64,000 nucleotides of DNA from Podarcis cretensis (taxonomy: Eukaryota), in assembly GCA_951804945.1 (NCBI GenBank), contig OX638153.1:58342001-58406000 (forward strand), read 5' to 3'. Shown here in pieces: positions 12,901-24,900 of this stretch. Every line of letters starts with the position of its first letter. The first letter of the stretch is position 1. Made by a program: the position numbers and the translations under genes. The notes below the pieces were generated by a model. It did no database searches, was not told where the DNA came from, and worked only from the letters and a program-made list of their open reading frames with translations.

Positions 12901-15900
12901 TTGGCAATTGGCGCTTTGCTGCAAAAGCCCTTGTTTGAACAATGAAAAAAAGAGTTTAATAATCTTGTCTCTGGAAATGACTTGGGGGAAGATTGTACTC
13001 TTGGATTTCGTTGTTGTGTTTTTACTACAATAATATCTTTCTCTGATAAATCATGTAATTATTGACTACAGGGGTGGGAAAGAAATCTTATTGAACATTT
13101 AGATTCTCCAATTAAAGTGCTGGTGTGCTGAAAGATGAGATCTTTTGGATGAATTGTGAAATAACTTTTTATTTAGACCATGCAATTGCAAAATCCATCC
13201 ATTGGTATAGATGGAGAACTTGGAAGCCCTCAGGGATTCAAAGGATTAAAAGTAGGCCCACTTGATCCTGACATTGGAAGGACCTGTGGACCATTTTATT
13301 CACTGCATAGGAACCAACTCTGGGCTTGGTAAATGCATTCAATAGAGTGCTGAATTCCCGTCCTCTGAATGTTGTGATACGATGTGTGTGTTGGTCATGT
13401 TCGTCCTTTGTAGCTTTGGGCATAACCTAAAAATGTGAGACCTTAAGACGTTTGTCAGTCAAAGAGATACAGAGTTGTTAATATACCCTGCGCTGCTATG
13501 GAACATAGATATGAAGCAGTTTCTGCTAGTTTAAAACAGGTATATTTTTAGTCTTTATGGCTGCAGAGAGAAGGTTAGCCAAGCATTACAGTGTTTATTG
13601 AAAAGAAGACAGACCCATTTCATACTTTGCTCATTGTTTCTGTATTTTAGATACTCCCTCCTTACCACCTCAGACCACCTCAAAATATTCTGATTTCCCC
13701 CACAGATTATGAAAAGACAATGTTTTACACTTCATGTAATTTTTAAGTGGTACTCCAGACAGTCTCTCCACATCCATAGCAGCATCTGCAGGTGGTAATT
13801 TGGACCTTTGTCTGGCGATAGATGCTGCTTTGCATCGCCGAGCTCCTCTCATTGCATTTCTGCTCCTGACATGATTTGAAGCGGTCATACGTCGGTAGAT
13901 ATTTTTTTCCCATTAGTGTGTTGCTATAGGCTGCTTAACACTCATCTCAAACAGCTTTTGCAAGGTTAAAGGAATGTGGCTTGGTAACAAGTTTGTGTCA
14001 TTTTAAATATATACCTTCCAGTAAATAAGGAGGAGCCTAGCAATCAATCCCTTTTAGTGTGTTATATGTTTCACCTGACAACTAAACCCTCTATTGATTA
14101 GCCATTACTTTGTTGGATAATCCTGTGTCATTGAAGCCACTGTAAAAATTAAACTCTTTAAAATGTTTTACCCTAGCAGCAGTGTGAAAATTGAAAACTT
14201 GTTCAGAATTATAGCCAGCTTTCACCAAAAGGGTAGTTTTCAACAAACTGGTTTATGCTTGCATTCTTTATATGCAGTATAAAACCGTATTAAAGCACTC
14301 CAACGCAAAGCTATCTGCCTCTGGCTCAGTATCTGGCTGCCATTTCAAACAGTGCTTCCTGTGGCCTAGAAATGGCCTCTCTTGGTGATTGGGGAGGAGA
14401 TGCTTGGACAGTTCGGGTTTCTGAGCTAGAATTGAAACAGAAATCCTTTTATAGCCAAAACATGGAGTTTGGACTTCTGTAGAATGATCAATAATGTAAC
14501 AATGCTTTGTGAATCTCACAAAGGAATTCAACATGAGGTAATGACAGGGGTGGCAGTGTTTGGGTGATGAAAAATTGAAACCTTCTAATCAATTTAAAAG
14601 GTGCCCCTGATTAATTGGGCAGCAGATTTAATGAAAATGTTTTTATGCCTTTTTAAACACTGTGGCTTGCATCTTAGTAGAGGCATTCCTCCTAAGCTTT
14701 CACACAGAAGGGGATGCACAAGATATTGCCTGCTTCAACATATGTGGGTATATTCCAAGAACAAATTATGTGTCTATTCCTCTGTGACTGTGGCTGAAAA
14801 CGCAATATTATCTGTATGACATACTCTCTCAGAGAGATGCTACCCTTAAATTTTACAAAACCACAAAGAGCTTGGGGTCAGGTTATTCGGAAGATCTCCT
14901 TGTTCTGTATATATACCTACCTACCCGATGAGGCAGACAGTTACTAGGAAGAGGGTCTTCTCAGTGGTGGCACCCAATTATGGAACATGCTTTATAAAGA
15001 GACTTGCTTGGTGTCAGCCTTGCAGCCTTTTTGGCAATAGGTTAAAGCCTTTTTATGCATCCAGGCCATTAAAAAAACCCACAAGTTGTTCAATCTGGCC
15101 ATCTCAGTCTTAGGATTCATGCTTTATTGTTTCTCTTTGAGAAGCAGGTTTTTTATGCTACTTTTATTATTTTACATTTTATTCTTAATATTTTATTTTA
15201 TTTTTTAAATTTCTGTGAGCTGCTTGGACAACGTATGTTATTGGGCAGCCATACAAATGCAGTAAGTAAATAAATAAGCAGTTGTTCAAGCTTCCTCAAG
15301 AATCATTGAGCCCAGAAGCAGAAAAGTTTACGTGGCAATGCTTTGTTTTGTCCAAAGTGAAATAGGAATGAGCCAAATCCACTATGGAGCACCCTTCCTC
15401 ATGCTTTGAATTTTTGCTCCTTCACAGGAATATTAAAAAACACTTTTGCTTCTTGTTGCTGCTGGGTTTTTTGGGATGGAATGCAAAGAGGATCTTTTGC
15501 TTTTTTGGTTTTTATTTAGATTTGTGCTCCATTGTGTGTTTTAGTTTTCTGTAAACCACATTGAAATACTCTTGGAATGTACACCTTTGTAGAAATTAAG
15601 TAAATAATAGCTTCGGTTCCCCAGGAAAATAATAACCTTGTGGAGAACAGAGTGTTACCACCTACCCCACATTTTAACAATTGACAAAATGAGCTTTTGC
15701 AGGTGGTGGGGGAGGTTGGGTCTCTGCTTTAAACCACTGCTGTAGAAGAGTTTGGAGTTGGAATATTCCCCCGCCCCGCCCTTAGATTTCTTAATTTAAG
15801 AACTTGGAGGTGCATTTTTTTTCATGGTCCTTGAAATGTAAGGCTCTTGATTTAAGCAGTACAAATCCCTGTAGGGCAGACTTGACCATTGTGTATGATA

Positions 15901-18900
15901 TCTCTGTATGACTATATAATGCAGGCTGTCTGCTTTAAAAGTAGAAGCCCATGAATGCAATTAGCTGCTCTAAATACATGAAACACCTTACCTTTAGAAC
16001 AAATACAGTTCCATTATCCAAACCATTATTTCGTTTCTTCTTCACAGACCTATAATAGCTGTGCCAGGCTCTGCATCAACCAGGAAGCAGTTTGCTTAGG
16101 GAGCACTGCTATGAAGACTGAAAACTGTGTGGCCAAAGTAAGTAAAGCTGCAACTGTCATTCTTGTACCAGGTCAATAAGCTGCAAGTTCTCTCTTCATT
16201 GGAGAGGCAATTTAATACTGTGCTTTCTGAATGTATCCGTGTAAACCTAATTGAGTCCATAGGGTCTTATGGGAACTTATGTAGTTCTTTATCGGTAATG
16301 CACATTTTTTTGTTTTAATCCTAAGAATCCCTGCCTCATTAGTTCCCTGCCTGTAAAGGAAAAAGGTGAGATATAAATAAATATAATAATTATAATAATA
16401 ATCATTAGTTTTTGAAATTAGGGTGATAATATGGTGAAAATTTAGAAATGAGAGTTGAAAATCCTAGTGGTTTTTTTTTTTTTAATCTTATGATTTGTTG
16501 GGTCCTTTTAAACAAAAAATGTGCCAAATGTATCTTAGCAATAGCCATGTAAATATGAGAAATGCACGACTCAACTGTTGCACCTCCAACTGGTGGTTTA
16601 TTTATTTTTATGCTGTCTTTGTCCAAACAAGTTGTCCATGTTTGCTTCCAGCAGAGAGAAGCACCTGAGTGGGCATTCAGATTGTAGGGCTGCAATCCTG
16701 CCTCCTTTCTGAATTTAAGCCCCTGCAATTTTAGACAGGGAGCATATGATATTCTCATACCCCCCCTGCTGGCCACTGTCTCAAGTCACACAACTGGAGC
16801 CGAGGTGGGGGATTTGATTCACATACGGAGACATTATCAGTGGGTTAGAAGGGCGGTGTTGAAGACGCATCTGATTTTAAAACAAAGCACTTTCCAAGGG
16901 ATGGTGGATTGGGTATGTTCCCTTTTGCATTGCCACATCAAAAGAGACATTCTCAGGGAAATGTGCATCCTGTCTTTGGCTTCCCCTGCAACTAAATATA
17001 ACTCCCATAAAATAAGAACCGTGTCTGAGGGATTGTGAATGACTGGAAAACATTCCAGCCACGATACAGTGTATATAAAAAGGGCATGTTTAGCCTTGCT
17101 TAAGCTTCATGTTTCCATTGGAAGGAAGTTCAGGATAGCCCTGCAGGACAGATCAGTGCATGCAGCCATCTGTTAGCAAAACCAGCTGGCGCTTTTGCAG
17201 CATCTCTCCCCCTCCTCTTCTCACCCCCAACAAAATGGCTGGTAGAGAAATGATTGCCCTCTTCTCCCTCCTCATTCCTTGGGATTTCTTCCCGTAATGC
17301 CTTCCCCCCAGAATATGTATTCTTGCTCTAGATTGATGCCATATCCAAGAAACCTTTCTTTAACTTTACTCAAATATAAAAAATAATCCCTTTGGCAGAC
17401 AGTAATGCCATGCAAATTTTCTCCACCTTTCTGTAAAACTGCCTGTCGCATACAACGTTTCTCCTCAAGTGTGTCATTCTACAGAATCCAACATCCATTT
17501 ATGTATGGTGCCAATGTGTGAGCAGTCTGAGCAAATCGCTCAGTGTGCATAACTCTGTGGGAAGCTTGCTTAACCCCAGACAGAATGAAATTCTCCCTAA
17601 GGCCAGATAGATACCTCTGTTTGAATTTTGGCATTCAGTAGTATTCATAATGTTACTCTAGAGGACCAAGCTGTATGGCGTCACACCCTCTGTACAATTG
17701 TGCGTGTCTCTGTATGCTTTTGCATAGTTTGCAGCTCAGTGTAGTAGGAGCTACAGCGAGCTGGTCAGACAAAGGACTAAGCCATAGTTTAGTATTGTGG
17801 TAGCAAACCTCAGCAGGCCTTATGCTTGCTTTCTCCCTCTCCTCCTCAGGGGCAGCTACAAGGAAGAGTTTGGAAGGTTTTTGCTTCTGTTTTAGATTAA
17901 CCACAGCTCACCTTGTTGTCTAACCTCTGTGAAGCTGTGGTTAATTTTAACTTTGGCTTATTTATTATTATTTTTCTAGTTCTAATAATTTATACATAGT
18001 TTAATACTGCAGTTGTATTGTGTACAATAGGTGTTATGGAGGGATACAGCATAAAAATAGTTAAAATAAACCATAAGATTCGGGGGGGGGGAGCCTGCTG
18101 AAAGTCTTTACCAAGCATAAAATGTTTACCAAGCATCAGGGAGCAGGCTGCCTTATTTCAGCTTGGAGGGAGCTCCTCAGAATTGGACTCACAATACTGA
18201 ATGCACAACCAGTAGTTTGTGAAGCTGGCTTATTTCTGCTGATCAGCAGTTAATCTTAAACTGCTGATCAGTACCACAGTTTAGGGTTCAGATGATTCAT
18301 AAACTGTGGTTAACATAAAACAGTAACAAAAATTTCCAGTGTCCTCCTCGTGTCCACAGTAGAATGAGGGGAGAGAGTGTGCAAGCCATGACATACATAT
18401 CAAGCAAGTAAGTGCAAAGAGTGTAGCTTAGGGTGCAGCTAGGTGATGTAGTGGCATGGTGGGTCTTTTGCAGTAAGAGTCGGGAAATGTTGGTGGAGCC
18501 CAAGTCTCTGCAGTCCCTGTTCCATGTGCTGTATGAGTCCAGTGGAGCAATTAAAATGTGATGATACAGGGTCAGAGTTCAGGCTCATAATTTTGGGGGG
18601 GATGGAGGCCTTGTGGTTGTCTTTTTCCTAATACTCTGAAAAATACGGCGATGTCCAGTCCTTCTATGGCAGATGGGGGACATCAGCTCTGTAATGCAAA
18701 TGCATCTTCTTAGTTGAGAAGCGTTTTGTGTAGTGTTGTATCCAAACTGATGCCTTGATTCTTACTTGAAAGGTAAAGGGTAAAGGGACCCCTGACAATT
18801 TAGTCCAGTCGCGAATGACTCTGGGGTTGCGGTGCTCATCTCGCTTTACAGGCTGAGGGAGCCAGCGTTCGTCCGCTTCCACAGACAGTTTTTCCGGGTC

Positions 18901-21889
18901 ATGTGGCCAGCATGACTAAACCGCTTCTGGCAAAACCAGAGCAGCGCACGGAAATGCCGTTTACCTTCCCGCCGGAGCAGTACCTGTTTATCTACTTGCA
19001 CTGCATGCTTTCCAATTGCTAGGTTGGCAGGAGCAGGGACCGAGCAATGGGAGCTCACCCCATTGGCAGGGATCCGAACCTCCGATCAGCAAGCCCAAGC
19101 GGCACACTTATTTTTCTACAGATGGGTGTTTCTCCCTCCCCCCTTTTTCTGCAAGCATATAGCTGTCTTCTTGGAAACCCCCTTCAGGTTCTTGGTTTCA
19201 AATTCTCAGCCTGAAATTATAAAATAGCTTGGCAGAGTTTTCCCTGCATGCGCTTCCTCTCGCAGTAAACTTTTCTTCTACGCAGAACTCATTCGTTTGA
19301 CCAGAAGTTGTGTGAGGCTGGCAGGAAATCACAAGGGAGCTGCACTTACTAAAAGTAGTTTGTAGCACCTTTAATTAAAGGTGTGCCCTCAAAATGGTCG
19401 CCCACAAAAATTAGAACTCTGTTAATTTCCCCTGGGATCTTGACAAACATCTATGAGAAGAAAGCAGGAGACAAAAATTAGGTAATGAATCCTCGTCTCT
19501 GATAAAAGATATGGTCCTTCCAAGCACTGCTGCACCAGAGTGTTTATTCTTGGGCACATATTTTGCATATTTGTGTATTGCTGGGAGTGGTGTTCTTAAA
19601 ATGTGTGGGGAAGCATTGAACTCTCATAGGAAGTAGATATTTCTCATGATGGTGTGTATAGACGAGAACTGCATTACTAGTTCAAAACCTTTTGAAAGTG
19701 GAGTTGACATGGGATATGCATTGCCAAATATCCTGAAGACTAAACAAACCACTTTGCAGAGATTCAATATTGTAGTATCTGTGAATATATCACTAGTTTG
19801 TTTTATAGGTGAAATTCAGTGGGTATAAATTGAAACTTAAAGTTCTTGTGGGCCTCCCTTTGTACAGAGGAATCTGTTCCCTTTTGTAGCCCTCAACATC
19901 ACTCTGCCTTTCCAAAATGAATATTCAAAACTGGCCCAAAAGAATGCATTTTTAAAAAACAGTGTAGGGTATATTTAGATGTGGAGATTGTTACATTACT
20001 TTTTTCTGGTTGCAATGTTAGCACTTCTGCCCTCGTTTCTAATGTTACTGCATTAACTGTTGTGTTCTGAAACTGTGGCTTTCCATATACTGCCGTGTTA
20101 CACTAAATTCCATTCACACCAGTGAACATGGTGTGACACAACAGTGGACATCATCAAACATGCCGCCATTTTTTATGTGCATGCACTCTTCTGTTCCCCT
20201 GTGATTCACCCAGGAAGCTGGCAGGAAAGAACTGAGTGCCAGAATACTGCCCTAAATTTCATCACATAAGCAGCAGTGAAAACCACAGGGAAATTTCAGT
20301 ACAAAACTCCTGTGATTATCCAGGTTAATGGGGTTGCAAACAGATTTTTTTCTGGAAGCATTTTGCGTGCAAATGAGTGCTAAACTTCCACTAGATTTCC
20401 TGAATTGACATGTGAAAGATCACCTAAAACACTAAAATTATCAGGTAAGGAAAATGGAATAAAGTGCTGTCTGAAGGCAGCCATAGTAAATGCCTGACAC
20501 TTGTTGACATAGGAAGATTCTAAGAAGATTTAAAGAAGAATGAAGTAGCTATATAGCTGGTAATGATCTGCAAACCCAGTCTGCCAAATCTTTTAAAAGG
20601 GATATAAAATCTCAGATGGAGTTTAAGCTGGTATCTAACCATCAGCATGCATCTGTCAACTGCAGAAGCCGTTCAGCATGTTGGCAGTATTAAAATTATA
20701 GCTACCATCAGACATAAGGTAGACCAGGCATTAGAGCCAGTCTTTGGTTTCCTAGGATTATAGGAGATATGAATTTCAGGTTGTAGACTCCTCTGTCTCC
20801 TTTAAAGGATCCTTTCATTTAGTTTCAACAGACTTCTCTGTCTTACTAATTCAGCACCTGAGAACAGTATGGACTGGCTGTTGTGCCGAACTTTCTTTGA
20901 TAAGGCATCCTCACAACTTTTTACTGGAGCTCAAGGACAGGCAAGGTGTTGCTTTCACTGGCGCAGTGAAAGCCAGCCAGGCAAGCAGCTGTTCTGTTAT
21001 TTAGTAAGCTTGGCTCTTCAAGCTACGTATTGGTGACTGTGATCACTTTAGCTATCCGGTAGAATGGTACACAGCTAAAAATGCCTGCTAGTGAAGTGTC
21101 CCACTTTGGGGATGCAGAACACCTGGACAGATATGAAAAGTTCCAGAAAGGAGATGGGGTTCTCAGACAGGTAGACCTTTTCCTTCCCCTCATCATCCAA
21201 GACACGGCTGAGTTGAATGCTCTCTAGCATTGAATCTTAGGAAGTCACTGCTTTCCCACTTGCTCCATCATCCCTATATGAATTGGAAGGAGTTGCTTTG
21301 CCGCAGCAGTTTTTTCCTGGTGGGCTGCTTTCCTTCAGAGGAGTTGGATATGTCTTGTTCTGTCATTCATTCTGATGCATGTGTTGAATTAGTTTCCTAC
21401 TTCGCAGATCTTTTGAACACGTGCAGCATGACTCCACACCCCTTGCTATGAGTAGATAGTTGACTGGTGGTGGTGGGTGGGCAGAAGGTAGACTATATTA
21501 GAAGGTGAACCTGGCATCAAAAACACTAGCTTGAGAAACTCTGAGTTTAGTGCTCCTGAGATTTTCGGACCCTGAGAATGTTCAGGCCCTTCAATGTGCA
21601 CATAAGGTCTTGACCAGTCTTGTTGGGATCTCCCTGGAGGTGTCTTGCCAACCTTTTTCTTAAGTGAAGTACCATTTATCTATTGTGACTTTTCTGTGTT
21701 CACTACTGGGGGGGGGTGTTCCGCTTTTCTTTCTGTTGGACTCTGCTATGGTCTATATTGTGCCCAGGTTCACGTTTCCTTTATAATTATGGTTGAACAA
21801 ACCTAATACTGCCTTCCAGGAACTGATGCATTTCCATCGTAATGCTGTACTTGGCTCAAAATTGTTCTTTAACTTGTGGAATTAGAATC

Positions 21890-21954
<65 letters not shown>

Positions 21955-24900
21955 ATCTTTGGGAGATAATTTCTCAAATGGAAATAAAAAGTGTTATAAC
22001 TAATGTAAAACTGAGATGAAGTTTACTTAATACCCACAAGTATTCTGCCTCCATGAAGCATAATTAAAATCATCCGAAGGGTTAGGCTTTTCAGTTTCTT
22101 TACAGTGGCACGTTGGTCATAATCTAAGTATGAGGCTATTTTGCCTTAATTTGGAATATTTTACATTTTCACAGTCTCCCCCTTCCCCCATCCCTAGTCA
22201 GAGTTATTTGCAAAGGGATTGAAGAAAGAATGTGCACGTCTCCCCTCCCGTTCCCCTTCCCACATTCTCCAGATTTTGATAGAAGATTTGTTTTATTTAT
22301 TTCCAAAATTATATCCGCAGGAAACAAGCCGTTTAAATTCAGATTATGCTGAATCAAAATGGTGCTGGTATGAGAAGCAACGTGCTGTTTTATGAGCACG
22401 GAGTCCCTTTTCTCATAACTGATTGATAGTAAATATTTTCCTGAAGAGTTATTGCCAGCCATGAACAGTGCAACTGTTTCACTGGGTTTTTTTTCTCCTG
22501 TAGTACTTGCTGTACCAGCCATTGTCTGTAATTAAGATCTACAATTCACAATGCAGACGTTTGCACTTCCTCTGGGTCTGAGCTATTTATAAGGTATTTC
22601 AGCTGTTCAGAGTTTCTTTTGAGTGCTAAACTACATGTAAACAGGCATTTTTCTCTCTCCAGTATGCACACATTGTATATCAGTTGCCTTTATTTCAGCC
22701 TCCTCCTTTCTTGGAAGCTACTTTATATGTTGGGTTCATCATGAAATAAATAAGGGTAGAAATAGTTCTCTCCACCCCCAACCTCCACTCCAGTGATTTT
22801 TACAAACCATTGCACCCTCCCCCAGCCTGTTTTCAACCAAGGGCCTCTTAAATGCTAGGGATACCCAGCCACTTTTGCCATTAATGGTTCTACTGAATTA
22901 ACAGATGAGTAGCAAAAGAGTGGCATGCTAAAGCTTTCAACCTTATAGAACTGGAGGTAGAAATAAAAAAATCTCATGATTCAGTCTTCCTTCAACCCAC
23001 TTCTGTCTCCCTTAGGAAAATATGCAGTTATCTGTGAGTCACTTGACACAGACAAGATTTTCCTTGGTGATCATAGGGAGAAACTATGTGCAACGATCAT
23101 GTGTCTATTTAACGACTTATGTCTGAAAGCAAGCATAATTTAAAAGGGCGATATTTATGCATGTTTCATTGGTAATGTACCATTTGTGGTCTTCTGAACC
23201 GAACACCTTGCAGATGTAGATTTAAACCACAGCTCAGCAGTGGAATTCATGGACAAGTTATATAATAATAATTATTATTTATTATTTATACCCCGCCCAT
23301 CTGGCTGGGTTTCCCCAGCCACTCTGCGCAGCTTCCAACCGAATATTAAAAACACAATACAGCATTAAACATTAAAAACTTCCCTAAACAGGGCTGCCTT
23401 CAGATGTCTTTTAAAAGTAAGATAGTTGTTTATTTCCTTGACATCTGATGGGAGGGCGTTCCACAGGGCGAGCACCACTACTGAGAAGGCCCTCTGCCTG
23501 GTTCCTTGTAACTTCACTTCTTGCAGTGAGGGAACCACCAGAAGGCCCTTGGCGCTGGACCTCAGTGTCTTGGCTGAACGATGGGGGTGGAGACGTTAGT
23601 TGCCTTAGTTTTCCTATCTGTAAAGTGGGGAGAACAATGGCGTATTTCATGAAATGGTGGCAAAAATCCACTTCCTGGGCGTAAGTCGTCAAGTTGGAAC
23701 ATCTGAGTGACCTTTTTGGATAACAGCCTAGTGTGCTGCAGGAACATCACCAGACCTAGAAATCTGAGGGAAGAATTTTGGAAGGGAAACTCTGTTCTAG
23801 CCTTATCCGCTCTTTGGCTAAGTTGAGAGCAAGTTTACATGGGTCTGGATCAGCTCAGAAAGGCTCTTGTGTCTTTGTCCCTAGGAGGAGTAATAATGAG
23901 AAGCAAGTTCCTCATCAGGCATGTACTGCAGCATTGCCCGCTGATGCATGCCGGATCACCCGCATACAGGGATCACGTGACCACTCCAAAAGTCAAACGA
24001 TCAATTCGCCTCGTTTTGGCTCTGTAGTTAATGCACAAACAGNNNNNNNNNNNNNNNNNNNNNNNNNNNNNNNNNNNNNNNNNNNNNNNNNNNNNNNNNN
24101 NNNNNNNNNNNNNNNNNNNNNNNNNNNNNNNNNNNNNNNNNNNNNNNNNNNNNNNNNNNNNNNNNNNNNNNNNNNNNNNNNNNNNNNNNNNNNNNNNNNN
24201 NNNNNNNNNNNNNNNNNNNNNNNNNNNNNNNNNNNNNNNNNNNNNNNNNNNNNNNNNNNNNNNNNNNNNNNNNNNNNNNNNNNNNNNNNNNNNNNNNNNN
24301 NNNNNNNNNNNNNNNNNNNNNNNNNNNNNNNNNNNNNNNNNNNNNNNNNNNNNNNNNNNNNNNNNNNNNNNNNNNNNNNNNNNNNNNNNNNNNNNNNNGC
24401 ACGTTTCTCCGACTGTGGCATGGCGCACCATTTTCCATGCAGGAATTCGGAGGAGTAAAGCTTGGCAAAGCCTCACTAAAGAGGAGTCCATTAGGAGAGG
24501 AGGGGCCAAGCAGTACTGAGAACCATACTGCTCTGATTTACCCCGTATGGTAGAAAAACTCAAAACGGCTTGTAAAAAAGAAATTAGTCAAAAGCAACAA
24601 AGAAAAGCCCAGGACAGATTTTTTTTTTCTTCTTATTTCTTAAAATTAAAAATAATGGTTAACACAAGAGATTGCTATGTTCTACTAAAAATGAGGTGGT
24701 GCCCTAAAGGAGTCATAACTGCCCAAGAGAGATTTTCTCTCTCTCTCTCTGGAATCCACCAATTTGTGTTTTTGTTGCTTGTTGCTGTGCTTAGATTTGG
24801 AACCGTTAACTTTGAATTTCCCTGGTTGGATTTAACTTTTTTAGTGAAATATTGTGCATCCTCACTGTTCTGTTGGAGCCTTTACAAAGAGCTAATTTAG

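Noticed and set aside
13778-13830. GCAGCATCT/AGATGCTGC inverted repeat as an ncRNA hairpin
   Set aside because: Only about a 9-bp stem, which is expected by chance in 64 kb.
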